Positions 29,846 to 40,206 of a DNA stretch of 64,000 bases are shown piece by piece; the stretch's first letter is position 1; each line of letters opens with the position of its first letter. The position numbers and the translations under genes are program-made. The notes beneath the pieces were generated by a model that was not told the DNA's origin, made no database searches, and worked only from the letters and a program-made list of their open reading frames with translations. Source of the DNA: Candidatus Poribacteria bacterium (lineage in GTDB: Bacteria > Poribacteria > WGA-4E > UBA9662); the NCBI GenBank assembly GCA_036339735.1, contig JAYZAL010000036.1, positions 132,727-196,726 of the forward strand, given 5' to 3'.

Positions 29846-30292
29846 ATGATTATTGTCAATAAACTAGTCAATAATGGTATTAAACAATCTGGAGACCAAG
29901 AAATCGATTTGGTGCCTTTGAACTGGGAAGATCGACAACGTTCAAGGCAGAGAATAACTACTTCGGCAGGACGGGAAGTTGGTTTGGCACTACCGACAGG
30001 ATCCATTCTTACTCCTGGGGACATCTTATTTCAAAATGAGACCCTACAAATTATGGTCACTGGTCAACCTGAGCAAGTGCTAGTCGTGTCAGCTGTAGAT
30101 CAGCAGGAATTCGGCTTAATTTGTTATCAAGTTGGTAATCTTCATCAACCGATAAGCTTGCAAGGTGATCAAATACTATTGCCTTATCATCGCTCTATCA
30201 GTCTTCAACTGAGTCGTCTTGGGTTTAATTTTGTGAAAGATCGTCGAGTTTTCGTTCCAATATCTCTAACACATTATCAACATGCACACTAA
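29846..30292 (+). CDS. ureE: Urease accessory protein UreE
   Basis: UreE-like N-terminal and central domains with a His-rich C-terminus (HYQHAH); immediately followed by ureF and ureG. Confidence 0.65.
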   Translation: MIIVNKLVNNGIKQSGDQEIDLVPLNWEDRQRSRQRITTSAGREVGLALPTGSILTPGDILFQNETLQIMVTGQPEQVLVVSAVDQQEFGLICYQVGNLHQPISLQGDQILLPYHRSISLQLSRLGFNFVKDRRVFVPISLTHYQHAH

Positions 30293-30971
30293 TTCAGACT
30301 ATTTACCACTTCTACTACAATTAGTGGATAGTGCATTTCCAACTGGAACTTTTGCTCACTCCCTTGGTTTAGAAACTTACGTTCAAGAGGGAAAAATTAC
30401 TTGTTCTGATGATTTGAGAGAGTTATTAGATAATCAATTGAATCATACGATCAAAACAAGTGATGCAGTGGCAGTTAGGCTAGTTCATCGAGCTGCACAA
30501 CAGAACGATATGCAAACAATCGTCAACATAGACCAACTTCTATCAGCAATAAAACACCCAAAAGAACTTCGTGAATCTAGCATCCAGACTGGTAAACAAT
30601 TTGCCCGAAATGCTAATCTGATTTTAGAATGTGACCTTCTGCACTGTTATCTGTCACACATTCAGTCAGGTACTTGTGACGGTCATTATGCTGTAGGTTA
30701 TGGTCTATCAACGGCAACTATCCCGCTTCGGTCATCTCTCTTTGGTTTCGTTCATCAATTTATTTCAGGTCAAGTCTCAGCTGCAGTTCGTTTAATCCCG
30801 ATCGGTGCAACCGAAGGACAACGTGTGATCCATAGCTTACATAAAAATTTGACTGACATAGTCGATTTCGCTTATCAAGCAGAAATGACAGATTTATCCA
30901 CGTTTTCACCAGCCTTGGATATTCGTTCTATGCAACACGAACAGTTATTTTATCGTCTTTTTATTTCTTGA
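30282..30971 (+). CDS. ureF: Urease accessory protein UreF
   Basis: LLQLVDSAFPTGTFAHSLGLE matches the UreF N-terminal signature. Confidence 0.7.
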   Translation: MHTNSDYLPLLLQLVDSAFPTGTFAHSLGLETYVQEGKITCSDDLRELLDNQLNHTIKTSDAVAVRLVHRAAQQNDMQTIVNIDQLLSAIKHPKELRESSIQTGKQFARNANLILECDLLHCYLSHIQSGTCDGHYAVGYGLSTATIPLRSSLFGFVHQFISGQVSAAVRLIPIGATEGQRVIHSLHKNLTDIVDFAYQAEMTDLSTFSPALDIRSMQHEQLFYRLFIS

Positions 30972-30980
30972 GGTAATATT

Positions 30981-31598
30981 TTGCAACCACTAAAAATAGG
31001 GATCGGTGGTCCTGTGGGTTCAGGTAAAACAGCCCTGATAGAAAAGCTCTGTTGTTCCATGCGTAATCATTATGAACTAGCCGCTATTACCAACGACATC
31101 TATACCCGTGAAGATGCTGAAATTTTATTGCGTGCAGAAGCATTAACTGCCGATCGGATTTTAGGAGTTGAGACTGGTGGTTGTCCTCATACAGCTATTC
31201 GAGAAGATATCTCAGCCAACCTAGAGGCAGTGGAGTTGATTGAGCGCAGGTTTCCACAGCTAGAAATTATCTTTTTGGAAAGTGGTGGGGATAACTTGGC
31301 TGCGTTTTTTAGTCCCGAATTAGTGGATGCGACGATATACGTTATTGACGTTGCTGGTGGTGACAAGATTCCAAGTAAGGGAGGACCTGGAATTACACGT
31401 TCAGACTTTATGTTAATTAATAAAATTGATCTAGCCCCATATGTAGGGGCAAATTTACAGCGGATGGAAGCTGACACAAAGCGTATGAGAAACCAAAAAC
31501 CATTTGTCTTTGGTAATATGAGAAAAGGGGAAGGACTACAATCCATTGTATCTTGGATTCAACATGACCTTCTCTTTGAAAATAGTGTTACTACCTGA
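30981..31598 (+). CDS. ureG: Urease accessory GTPase UreG
   Basis: P-loop [21 protein letters not shown], and the CPH Ni-binding motif ([11 protein letters not shown]). Confidence 0.8.
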   Translation: MQPLKIGIGGPVGSGKTALIEKLCCSMRNHYELAAITNDIYTREDAEILLRAEALTADRILGVETGGCPHTAIREDISANLEAVELIERRFPQLEIIFLESGGDNLAAFFSPELVDATIYVIDVAGGDKIPSKGGPGITRSDFMLINKIDLAPYVGANLQRMEADTKRMRNQKPFVFGNMRKGEGLQSIVSWIQHDLLFENSVTT

Positions 31599-31864
31599 TT
31601 TAAATAATTTATTAGTTTAGTCAAAAGTATGATAGCCGTTTAGCTTGCATCAACACAATATCATGTGATAGAATTGGGCGCTTCAGACAGATATTGGTAT
31701 TAGTAGGTCGAGTATTTCTCGCCTCGATTAGGAAAATACTTTGTTTACTTTATTGCTGGTAGCCGAGTGGAGCCAGCATTTGATGGAGGGATCAGGAAAT
31801 TTATAGAGGTCGACGACCAAACCGAGGACAAGTTAAGAAGGAGCCAAGCAATCGTATAAACCGA

Positions 31865-32353
31865 TTGATTCGTGTCTCCGAGGTCCGATTAATCGGAGCA
31901 GACGGCCAGCAGGTTGGAGTTATTCCAACTAGAGAAGCACTTCAGATTGCTGAAACTGAGGGCTTGGATCTAGTTGAGATCGCACCAAACGCCTCTCCGC
32001 CAGTTTGCAAGGTTATGGACTATGGAAAATTCCAGTACGAGAAAAGCAAAAAAGAGAAAGAAGCTAAAAAAAAGCAAACAAAAATCGTTGTCAAGGAGAT
32101 TAAGTTCCGACCTGACATCGGCGACCACGATTATGACTACAGGGTCCGACATGCGAAAGAATTCTTGGGGAAACGGTTCAAAGTCCGGGCTACTGTTACT
32201 TTTAGAGGCCGTCAAATGGAGCACACTCATTTGGGACGCGAAATATTAAAAAAGTTAGCTGAAGAACTTAGTGAAATCGCTGAGGTTGAGTCTTCGCCCA
32301 AAATGGAATCTCGCTCTATGTTTGCTATTTTTGCTCCGAAGTCGAATAAGTAG
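31865..32353 (+). CDS. infC: Translation initiation factor IF-3
   Basis: IRVSEVRLIG...LDLVEIAPNASPPVCKVMDYGKFQYEKSKK matches IF-3. The in-frame upstream sequence NRINRL from about 31850 also matches the IF-3 N-terminus, so the true start is probably a non-AUG codon (ATA at 31856 or TTG at 31865), as is typical for infC. Confidence 0.85.
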   Translation: MIRVSEVRLIGADGQQVGVIPTREALQIAETEGLDLVEIAPNASPPVCKVMDYGKFQYEKSKKEKEAKKKQTKIVVKEIKFRPDIGDHDYDYRVRHAKEFLGKRFKVRATVTFRGRQMEHTHLGREILKKLAEELSEIAEVESSPKMESRSMFAIFAPKSNK

Positions 32354-32414
32354 AGAAAATCTGTTAACTATTTTTTAAAATCGATATAGCTAAAAGCTAA
32401 AGAGTACTGAGCTT

Positions 32415-32609
32415 ATGCCAAAAATGAAAACTCACAAAGGGGCGGCTAAACGACTCAAATTTACAGGTACCGGAAAAATTCGGAGACGCAAAGCTTATAC
32501 AGGCCACCTATTCCTATCCAAATCATCAAAACAAAAGCGTCGTTTGCGTCAGAGCACTATTGTTGATCCCTCCAATGAAAAACGGATTCGTCAACTGCTG
32601 CCTAACTAA
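32415..32609 (+). CDS. rpmI: 50S ribosomal protein L35
   Basis: [27 protein letters not shown]. Confidence 0.9.
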   Translation: MPKMKTHKGAAKRLKFTGTGKIRRRKAYTGHLFLSKSSKQKRRLRQSTIVDPSNEKRIRQLLPN

Positions 32610-32646
32610 ACGAAGTAAATAGTTCAGGCTTCGGAGTATATGTTCA

Positions 32647-32994
32647 ATGCCAAGAGTTAAGACAGGTAGTAAGAGAAGACAGAAACGAAAAAAGATCCTC
32701 AAGTTAGCCAAGGGATACCGAGGTGGGCGGAAGAACCTACGTCGTACAGCGATGGATGCGATCGACAAAGCGTTGAACTATTCCTATGCTCATCGAAGGA
32801 CTCGAAAAAGACAGTTCCGTCGGTTGTGGATTGCACGAATCAACGCAGCCGCTCGAATTCACGGTATGAGCTATAGTCAGCTCATTTATGGTTTGAATCA
32901 AGCGGGAGTTGGGCTGAATCGAAAAGTGTTGGCTGATTTGGCAGTAAACGACGAAAGTGCTTTCGCTGAGATTGTTAGTATTGCGAAGGGTTGA
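32647..32994 (+). CDS. rplT: 50S ribosomal protein L20
   Basis: [26 protein letters not shown]; conserved infC-rpmI-rplT gene order. Confidence 0.9.
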   Translation: MPRVKTGSKRRQKRKKILKLAKGYRGGRKNLRRTAMDAIDKALNYSYAHRRTRKRQFRRLWIARINAAARIHGMSYSQLIYGLNQAGVGLNRKVLADLAVNDESAFAEIVSIAKG

Positions 32995-33022
32995 TGCCCA
33001 GGGCTTGAGTTTTATGACCTCT

Positions 33023-33060
33023 AAACCCACTAACTCAAGGGAGTTGGTGGGTTTTTTTTA
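33023..33060 (+). terminator. Rho-independent terminator downstream of rplT
   Basis: aaacccactaact (33023-33035) pairs with agttggtgggttt (33042-33054), followed by a T8 run. Confidence 0.7.
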
Positions 33061-33081
33061 TCTACTTCTAGGAGCAAATGT

Positions 33082-33825
33082 ATGAGCCAGATTCCGGTTG
33101 GATTACAAATGTACACAGTTCGGGACTTATGTGAAAAAGACTTTTTATCTACCTTAAAACAGGTAGCAGGCATTGGTTATCAAGGGGTTGAATTGGCCGG
33201 TACCTATGGTTTACCAGCGGATGAGCTAAGAGATGTTCTGGCCGACCTGAACTTGAAATGTGCTGGGAGTCATGTCAGTTACAATGATTTAGATTCAACC
33301 ATTACTTACCATAAAGAACTTGGTTGTCCTCGGTTCGGTGGTTCTTCTATGTCTCCTGACGGAATGCCAAAAGATCCTATGAGTATGTCAGCTGCGGTTG
33401 ACTATATGAACCAAATTGGTGAAACTTGTATAAACCAAGGCATTCAAGCTTATTTTCACAATCATGCTGGGGAATTTGCAAAAATTGAAGGTGCTTACAT
33501 TTTAGACCAACTTTATCAGAAAACTAACCCTCGGTTTTTGCAAACACAAATTGATGTTTTTTGGGTTAAGTATGCTGACGTCGATCCGGCAGCCTATCTC
33601 AGAAAATACCCTAACCGCTGCCCATTAGTTCACATAAAAGACATGGATCAACAACGAGATTTCACTGAAGTCGGGAATGGAACGTTAGACTGGGACGACA
33701 TTTTCGCCGCTTGTGAAGAAGTGAATGCCGGTTGGTATATTGTCGAGCAGGACCAATGTAGTCGACCATCAATGGAAAGTGCCGAAATCAGCTTTAACTA
33801 CTTTAAGTCAAGAGGCATGGTCTAA
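33082..33825 (+). CDS. Sugar-phosphate isomerase/epimerase (xylose-isomerase-like TIM barrel) family protein
   Basis: Typical family N-terminus (QMYTVRD ... GYQGVEL) and length. Confidence 0.6.
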   Translation: MSQIPVGLQMYTVRDLCEKDFLSTLKQVAGIGYQGVELAGTYGLPADELRDVLADLNLKCAGSHVSYNDLDSTITYHKELGCPRFGGSSMSPDGMPKDPMSMSAAVDYMNQIGETCINQGIQAYFHNHAGEFAKIEGAYILDQLYQKTNPRFLQTQIDVFWVKYADVDPAAYLRKYPNRCPLVHIKDMDQQRDFTEVGNGTLDWDDIFAACEEVNAGWYIVEQDQCSRPSMESAEISFNYFKSRGMV

Positions 33826-33873
33826 TTGTAAAGCAGGTAGGTTAAAATCGGTTAAACAAATTAGATTACCCTA

Positions 33874-34413
33874 TTGTCAGAAATATCTTACTGGGTTAAA
33901 ACGTTTGCAATGATACAAATTCGGTTAATGAAACCTACACTTAAAGCCGACTGGAAGACCGAATTTGAAAAGTTGTTCCAAGAAGTTGACAACTTTTCTT
34001 GGCATAACATGTATGACAAAAACCGCCGTGCTGTTTGGTGGGTTTTTCCCGGAAGAGTTGGCCAAGATCAACCTCGTGGATACGGTACTTTTGAAGATGT
34101 TCTAGTCCCTGACGACACGCGAACCAGTCAGGTGCATGTCACCGCTATTATGCGATTTATACGTCAATCAGGACGTATCCTCGAGGACAAATATGTAACA
34201 GAAGAAATTGTTGCAAAATGGTGCCAAATTGAACTTAACTCTCCTCCTAACGAACAGGCAAAAAAAATGGCGGTGCAACTCATCCAGCATTCATTTCGAA
34301 TTCTAGAGCGATTTTACAATGGGGAAGATATCATCAAAGACCCTGATGTTGCTGTGATGATCCTTAACAGTACTTACTATCAATCTGCTATAGCGGGAAA
34401 TCAATCCAACTAA
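33874..34413 (+). CDS. Hypothetical protein
   Basis: 179-aa ORF with no recognised motif; an alternative start at MIQIRLMK is possible. Confidence 0.35.
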   Translation: MSEISYWVKTFAMIQIRLMKPTLKADWKTEFEKLFQEVDNFSWHNMYDKNRRAVWWVFPGRVGQDQPRGYGTFEDVLVPDDTRTSQVHVTAIMRFIRQSGRILEDKYVTEEIVAKWCQIELNSPPNEQAKKMAVQLIQHSFRILERFYNGEDIIKDPDVAVMILNSTYYQSAIAGNQSN

Positions 34414-34443
34414 TTTAATTAAGGAACTGCTCTAAGTGCTTGC

Positions 34444-35289
34444 TTATGCGTATCGACCAGCGATGTAGTCGTCTGTCCTCGGGTCTTCGGGCGATACAAA
34501 CATCTGCTCTGTTTGACCGGATTCGACGATTTTACCAAGCAACATAAAAAAACACTCCTCGCTAATTCTGCGAGCTTGTGCCATGTTGTGCGTAACAATC
34601 AAAATAGTGTATCGACCGGCAAGTTCCTTCATCAACTCTTCTACAGCCCGAGTCGCACCAGCATCTAAAGCGGAACAGGGCTCATCCATCAAAATAATCT
34701 GTGGCTTAAGGGGAAGTAAGCGTGCAATACACAGCTTCTGTTGCTGCTCCAGTTGAAGATTCGTTGCTTTAGTCTTCAGTTTATCCTTTAAACTATCCCA
34801 TAAAAAGACTTCTTTCAAAGATAATTCAACAAGATTATCAATTTCTGCACGAGACAAGCTGTTGTACTCATTGTGAATACGCAACCCAAAAACAATGTTT
34901 TCATATACCGAGATTGGTAATGGGTTCGGCTTTTGGAAAACCATGCCAACTGCCTTTCGTAACTCAGGCAAGCAGACGTCCGGATCATAAATATTTTTGC
35001 CCATAATTTTGATTTGGCCAGTAGTAGTAACATTTCCATAACGTTCATTAACCCGATTAAAACATCGAAGTAAAGTGCTCTTTCCACAACCCGATGGGCC
35101 GATTAGCCCAGTAATTAAACCACTTTTAACCCTCGCATTAACATCTATCAGCGCCTGAAAATCACCATACCAAAGGTTTAGATTGTTGGTTTCAAGACTG
35201 ATCCGGTTTTCGGTTTCTATATTGTTATCATCTATCTCATTGAGTATTTCACCATCACTACGTGGGTCAATTATATCGTTAGTAATCAT
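34444..35289 (-). CDS. pstB: Phosphate ABC transporter ATP-binding protein PstB (copy 2)
   Basis: Walker A GPSGCGKST, the PstB-typical RCFNRVNE, and signature/Walker B motifs. Confidence 0.85.
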   Translation of the reverse strand: MITNDIIDPRSDGEILNEIDDNNIETENRISLETNNLNLWYGDFQALIDVNARVKSGLITGLIGPSGCGKSTLLRCFNRVNERYGNVTTTGQIKIMGKNIYDPDVCLPELRKAVGMVFQKPNPLPISVYENIVFGLRIHNEYNSLSRAEIDNLVELSLKEVFLWDSLKDKLKTKATNLQLEQQQKLCIARLLPLKPQIILMDEPCSALDAGATRAVEELMKELAGRYTILIVTHNMAQARRISEECFFMLLGKIVESGQTEQMFVSPEDPRTDDYIAGRYA

Positions 35290-35297
35290 ATTGCCTA

Positions 35298-36083
35298 TCA
35301 GCCAAAGTTACCACGTACATAATCAAAAGTTATTTTTTCTGCAGGCGAGTTAGAAAAGATAACCTCGTTGTCGTCAAGCTCAATCAAGTCACCATTATAA
35401 ATAAATGCAGTACGGTCAGCCAGCCGGCGTGCTTGTTGTACTAAATTGGTTACTAAAACGATTGTCATTTGGGAGCGAAGTTCTTTGAGTACATCTTCAA
35501 TACGCATAGTAGTGACTGGATCAACAGCGATCGAAAATTCATCCAAACACAAAATTTCAGGTTGATGCGATAGAGCTCGAGCAATTGTCAGGCGTTGCTG
35601 CTGACCTCCGGATAATTTAGTTCCAAGACTATCAAGTCGATCTTTAACTTCTTCCCAAAGAGCTGCTTGCTTTAAACACCGTTCTACGAGCTCATCTAAC
35701 TCGTTTTTTTCGCGTAACCCTGCAGCCCGTGGTGCAAAAGCGACATTGTCATAAATGGATAAAGGTAATCCAACAGGTAAAGGAAAAACCATCCCTACTT
35801 TCCGTCTTAACTGATTAACATTCTTGATAGTCGAAATATCAATACCATCAATTTTGACAACCCCTTCCACTTCTGCCGTTGGAATAAGTTCGATAGTTCG
35901 ATTTAGTGTTTTCAACAAGGTTGTTTTTCCTGATTGGGCTGGTCCAATAATCCCAATAATCTCTTTTTCATGTACACCAAAACTAATATCTTTCAGGGCT
36001 ATCGTGTCCCCGTACTTGACACTAAGACCTGAGATTTCGATCTTTTTCTGAGACAAATTTAGTTCCTTCATCGTGGCTACCAC
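35298..36083 (-). CDS. pstB: Phosphate ABC transporter ATP-binding protein PstB (copy 1, paralog)
   Basis: Walker A GPAQSGKTT, LSGGQQQR, and PstB-like architecture. Confidence 0.8.
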   Translation of the reverse strand: MVATMKELNLSQKKIEISGLSVKYGDTIALKDISFGVHEKEIIGIIGPAQSGKTTLLKTLNRTIELIPTAEVEGVVKIDGIDISTIKNVNQLRRKVGMVFPLPVGLPLSIYDNVAFAPRAAGLREKNELDELVERCLKQAALWEEVKDRLDSLGTKLSGGQQQRLTIARALSHQPEILCLDEFSIAVDPVTTMRIEDVLKELRSQMTIVLVTNLVQQARRLADRTAFIYNGDLIELDDNEVIFSNSPAEKITFDYVRGNFG

Positions 36084-36985
36084 TTTTTGCGCGAACGAAG
36101 ATATATACGAAGAATAATGGCAAGTGCATTAACTAATAAAACAGTTCCCAGTAATACGACAGCGGTACCATAAGGTAGGGCTTCTGGCACTCCTGGGACT
36201 TGTGTTGAAATGGTAAATAGGTGCATGGATAGAGCCATACATTGTTCTAGGATATTATAAGCAAATAGATCACCTTCATTAATAACCTTAAAGAAAACAG
36301 CTCCAGTAAACATGATGGGAGCTGTCTCACCGGCAGCACGAGATACCTGTAAAATGATACCCGTTAAGATACCACTGACGGAATTGGGTAGAACAATCTG
36401 CCAGATAGTTTGCCAACGAGAAGCTCCTACATTCCAACAAGCTTCTCGGAAAGCCATTGGAACAGCACCTAAAGCTTCCTTAGTACTGGCAATTATAACG
36501 GGTAGCGTCATGATAGCTAGTGTCAAAGAAGCTGCAAGGATAGATCGACCCATTCTAGCAAACAACACAAATGCTCCCAATCCAAACAAGGCATGAACAA
36601 TACTGGGAACACCAGCTAAGTTAACCACCGCTAGATTTACGATCCGCGTGAACCAATTGTTACGTGCGTATTCGTTCAAATAGACAGCTGCTAGTACCCC
36701 TATTGGAGCTGAAACCACAAGAGAAACCATCACTAGATATATGGTACCCAAAAATGGAGCCCACACACCACCGGCTTTCATACCCTTTATTGGGTTAGAA
36801 AAAAGAAATTCAAAGTTAAGAATAGGAATCGATTTGTACAGCAAAAAACCGATTATCAATAACAAAGGAAAAATAATCAGCAATGTCATCAACAAAAAAA
36901 TGCCCTTAACAAAAGCTTCCCAATGTCGGTTACGACGACTAGTTACCGTTTCGGTAAATAGTACATTCGATTTTGATTGACTCAT
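36077..36985 (-). CDS. pstA: Phosphate ABC transporter permease PstA
   Basis: Polytopic permease with an EAA-like loop, at the PstA position in the operon. Confidence 0.8.
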   Translation of the reverse strand: MSQSKSNVLFTETVTSRRNRHWEAFVKGIFLLMTLLIIFPLLLIIGFLLYKSIPILNFEFLFSNPIKGMKAGGVWAPFLGTIYLVMVSLVVSAPIGVLAAVYLNEYARNNWFTRIVNLAVVNLAGVPSIVHALFGLGAFVLFARMGRSILAASLTLAIMTLPVIIASTKEALGAVPMAFREACWNVGASRWQTIWQIVLPNSVSGILTGIILQVSRAAGETAPIMFTGAVFFKVINEGDLFAYNILEQCMALSMHLFTISTQVPGVPEALPYGTAVVLLGTVLLVNALAIILRIYLRSRKKW

Positions 36986-37052
36986 AGCTGATTTCTAATA
37001 GCAAAATTCAAAAGTTGAAAACTTCAGATGATATTATTAAACATAACATTTG

Positions 37053-38012
37053 TTATGTACTATCACCTACATGAATACCCTTGATGACTAGATCGGCAAT
37101 CAAATTAACTATAAATGTAATAGTGAAAAGTAAAATGCCAATGATAAATAAGACTTGATAGTGGTCTGAACCAACAGGCACCTCTCCTAACTCTGCGGCA
37201 ATCGTGGCTGTCAAAGTTCGGACTGAATCGAGTAAGCTAGTCGGAATGTTAACGGAATGGCCAGTTGCCATCAAAACTGCCATTGTTTCCCCAATTGCTC
37301 TTCCCGTACCAAGTAAAACAGCAGCTAATAAACCATTCTTAGCTGCTGGTAACAACACATGGCAAATAACTTGCCACCGGCCAGCCCCCAGAGCTTCAGC
37401 TGCTTCTCGATAAGAATCCGGTACTGCTTTGAGAGCATCTTCACCAATTGAAACTATAATGGGTAAACTCATTAAAGCCAATATAAACCCACCATTTAAA
37501 ACAGAAAGACCTATCGGAGCATCAAAGAGATCAATAATTAATGGGTTCATAATCTGCAGGCCAATAAATCCCCAAACGACCGAGGGAATTGCTGCTAGTA
37601 GTTCGATCAGGATTTTGAATATTTCTTTCAGTCTTGGTCCGCAAAATTCAGAGACGAAAATAGCAGCTCCGAGGCCAAATGGTACAGCTATGATCATGGC
37701 AAAAACGGTTACACTCAATGTTCCGATGATAAGAGCGAAAACACCGTACCGGACATTGCCTGTCGACGTCGGATACCAAGCTGAACTAAACAAAAACTCA
37801 CCCAAATCAAGGCCGTTGAATAGGAAAGAAGAGCCTTCCCGAAAAACAAAAAAGAAAATGCCGAAAACGAAAGCGATAGCACTAATACCACAAACGCGAA
37901 TTAGCCATTCGATGACAACTTCAATGAGTCTTTCCATTGATGTTGTTCGCTCAAACGTAGTATGTTCTCGCTTCGGACTAGTTGGATCAACTCCTGTTTG
38001 TGCTCCCTTCAT
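37053..38012 (-). CDS. pstC: Phosphate ABC transporter permease PstC
   Basis: Polytopic permease (REAAEALGA...) at the PstC position in the operon. Confidence 0.8.
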   Translation of the reverse strand: MKGAQTGVDPTSPKREHTTFERTTSMERLIEVVIEWLIRVCGISAIAFVFGIFFFVFREGSSFLFNGLDLGEFLFSSAWYPTSTGNVRYGVFALIIGTLSVTVFAMIIAVPFGLGAAIFVSEFCGPRLKEIFKILIELLAAIPSVVWGFIGLQIMNPLIIDLFDAPIGLSVLNGGFILALMSLPIIVSIGEDALKAVPDSYREAAEALGAGRWQVICHVLLPAAKNGLLAAVLLGTGRAIGETMAVLMATGHSVNIPTSLLDSVRTLTATIAAELGEVPVGSDHYQVLFIIGILLFTITFIVNLIADLVIKGIHVGDST

Positions 38013-38084
38013 AATTAAATTTCCTAATAACTATCGGAATTGCCAAGAATTTTTCACAGCCGATTATAACATAGTTGGTACAAT

Positions 38085-39011
38085 CTACTTCGTCTCTACC
38101 GGAACATAACCACTTTTGCTGACGATAGATTGACCAGCTTCAGACAGAATCCAGTCTAGGTATTTCTTAATATCTCCACTAGGTTCGCCCAGCGAATAGA
38201 TATAAAGCGGACGAGCAATTGGATAAGTCCCGTTCAAGGTATTTTCTACGCTGGGCCCAGCAGCTTGTTCTCCGTCCTTCTTTGAAACCTTAAGCATTTT
38301 AACGTGATCTGTTGCATATCCCATACCACTATATCCAATCGCACAAGGAGTGTTTGCGACCAATTCGACCACATCTTTGGATCCATGCAAGTCTCTAGAT
38401 CCTAGCTTAAAGTCTCCAGTCTTACCTAAAATTGCCTCTCTAAAGTAAACATAGGTGCCAGAGTTAGATTGACGACTGACACGAATAATTTCATCACTCT
38501 TACAAGCAGCATATTGTATATCTAGCTTTGACCAAGTAGTCATTTGCCCCTGTTCACCATAGATATCAGCTAATTGTTGTAAGGATATTTTTTCTAGTGG
38601 GTTCTCCTTGTGAACGTAAACAGCTAGAGCGTCAAAGCCAACGATAAATTCTTTTGGTTCTTTACCGGTATTTTGTACAGCCTTATCTATTTCACTTGGT
38701 TTCATAGATCGGCTACAGTTAGCGATATCTACTGTTCCATTAATTAGGGCTGCGATACCAGTTCCTGAGCCACCACCCGACACTTCAACTGAGATTTTTT
38801 GTTCAAGTGAGGCATAGGATTCAGCCCAAGCTTGTGCTAGATTGACCATAGTGTCAGAGCCTGCATTCTGAATAGTGATCTTTTCTTCTTTCGTAGATGA
38901 TCCGTTGCTCAATGACGATTCATCTTTCTTCGAACAACTAACTAGGAATAAACTAAGTACCAAGAGGAATGAAATGAAATTTGAAGATCGTGATCCAAAT
39001 GAAATAAACAC
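38085..39011 (-). CDS. pstS: Phosphate-binding protein PstS (lipoprotein)
   Basis: Lipobox LVSCS; PstS-like motifs GSGTG, NCSRS and YVHKENP. Confidence 0.8.
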   Translation of the reverse strand: MFISFGSRSSNFISFLLVLSLFLVSCSKKDESSLSNGSSTKEEKITIQNAGSDTMVNLAQAWAESYASLEQKISVEVSGGGSGTGIAALINGTVDIANCSRSMKPSEIDKAVQNTGKEPKEFIVGFDALAVYVHKENPLEKISLQQLADIYGEQGQMTTWSKLDIQYAACKSDEIIRVSRQSNSGTYVYFREAILGKTGDFKLGSRDLHGSKDVVELVANTPCAIGYSGMGYATDHVKMLKVSKKDGEQAAGPSVENTLNGTYPIARPLYIYSLGEPSGDIKKYLDWILSEAGQSIVSKSGYVPVETK

Positions 39012-39135
39012 TATAAAAATCCCTTATAATTGTATTGTGCTCTTATTAAGAACGGAAATTCAAATTTAAAAACATTTCCAGAGCACACTTTTGAGGTTTA
39101 TCCTGAAGTAAATAAAGGTCAGTTAAAGAAATCAC

Positions 39136-40206
39136 CTAAAATTTATAATAGAGGGTTAACCGAGGCATGAGATCGATATCTGGTTGTTCAAGTCCTTCAG
39201 GCTTTCCGTAAAAAATCATTACCATATTCGGCATAACCTTAACATCACTAACCGGTTGCCAATCAAGGGCCAACAAAACTGTACTTGAGGTAGCTTTAGT
39301 GTTGTGTGGTATGTAAGAAATTTTATTTCCGTTTGGATTCGGGTCCAATAATTGATCGAATCGAGCTACGAATGATAACTTGTTTTCAATTAAAATGACA
39401 CTACTGAATAGCGAACCAGCTATTACTTTTTCTTCGTTTTTAGTAGCACCTAGCCGATAGGATGCCAAAAAGCCAAGCCTGAAGGTCGTTGCTTGATAAC
39501 CTAAAAAAACATGAGTCAGTATTTTGTTGGGTTGTTCATCTAGAGACTCGAAGTCCCCATAGGCTTCGACTAGTATGTTCTTTGTTGGTTTAGTAAATAA
39601 GGACAGATAGCCTTTTTTGCCAGAGTTATCCTCACCTTTGGTTCCTTTGCCATTACCAACCATGATATGGTAACCGATTTTTTTTTCATTATCGAAACTA
39701 CCTTTGATTGCTAATCCAAAATCGGTTGATGACCCCAATTTATGTAGATCCTCTGGTGATTTTGCTAAAGAACGATACCCCCAATTTTTTTCCACATTAG
39801 CAAATGTAGGCGTCCCCGACAAACCAAAATAAGTGGTAAAACGAAATTCTGGATTTGTCCACTTTAAGTAGCCATGCTTGATATACGGGGTAATCTTCGT
39901 TGACCCAACGGTGCCACTATTAAATGACGGGCTATTCATTTCGTAACGTAATCGAATCGCCCAACTGTTATCGATTTTCTTATCATAATTCATGTAGATA
40001 CGACGATACTGGAATCCATTTCTTCCTTGATAACTATCATCGTGTGAGGTCAAAACATGATAAAATTCGCCTATGTAATAGCCACTAATTTTACCTTCTC
40101 CTGCATAACTAGTTAGTGAAATAAATTTCACTAAAGTTAGCGCCCAGACACCGTAAATGAGTTTACTTTTCAGATTTCCAAACAGGTAAGAATGAATTTT
40201 AAACAA
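39136..40206 (-). CDS. Outer-membrane porin, probably phosphate-selective (OprO/P-like), heading the pst locus
   Basis: Signal peptide, beta-barrel strand periodicity, C-terminal YYKF; sits directly upstream of pstSCAB on the same strand. Confidence 0.5.
   Translation of the reverse strand: MFKIHSYLFGNLKSKLIYGVWALTLVKFISLTSYAGEGKISGYYIGEFYHVLTSHDDSYQGRNGFQYRRIYMNYDKKIDNSWAIRLRYEMNSPSFNSGTVGSTKITPYIKHGYLKWTNPEFRFTTYFGLSGTPTFANVEKNWGYRSLAKSPEDLHKLGSSTDFGLAIKGSFDNEKKIGYHIMVGNGKGTKGEDNSGKKGYLSLFTKPTKNILVEAYGDFESLDEQPNKILTHVFLGYQATTFRLGFLASYRLGATKNEEKVIAGSLFSSVILIENKLSFVARFDQLLDPNPNGNKISYIPHNTKATSSTVLLALDWQPVSDVKVMPNMVMIFYGKPEGLEQPDIDLMPRLTLYYKF

Noticed and set aside
31700-31740. Hairpin (tcgag ... 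ctcga) in the infC leader, as a possible L20-binding autoregulatory element or ureG terminator
   Set aside because: Short stem with no T-run; L20-leader structures are lineage-specific, and I cannot match this one to a known model by eye.
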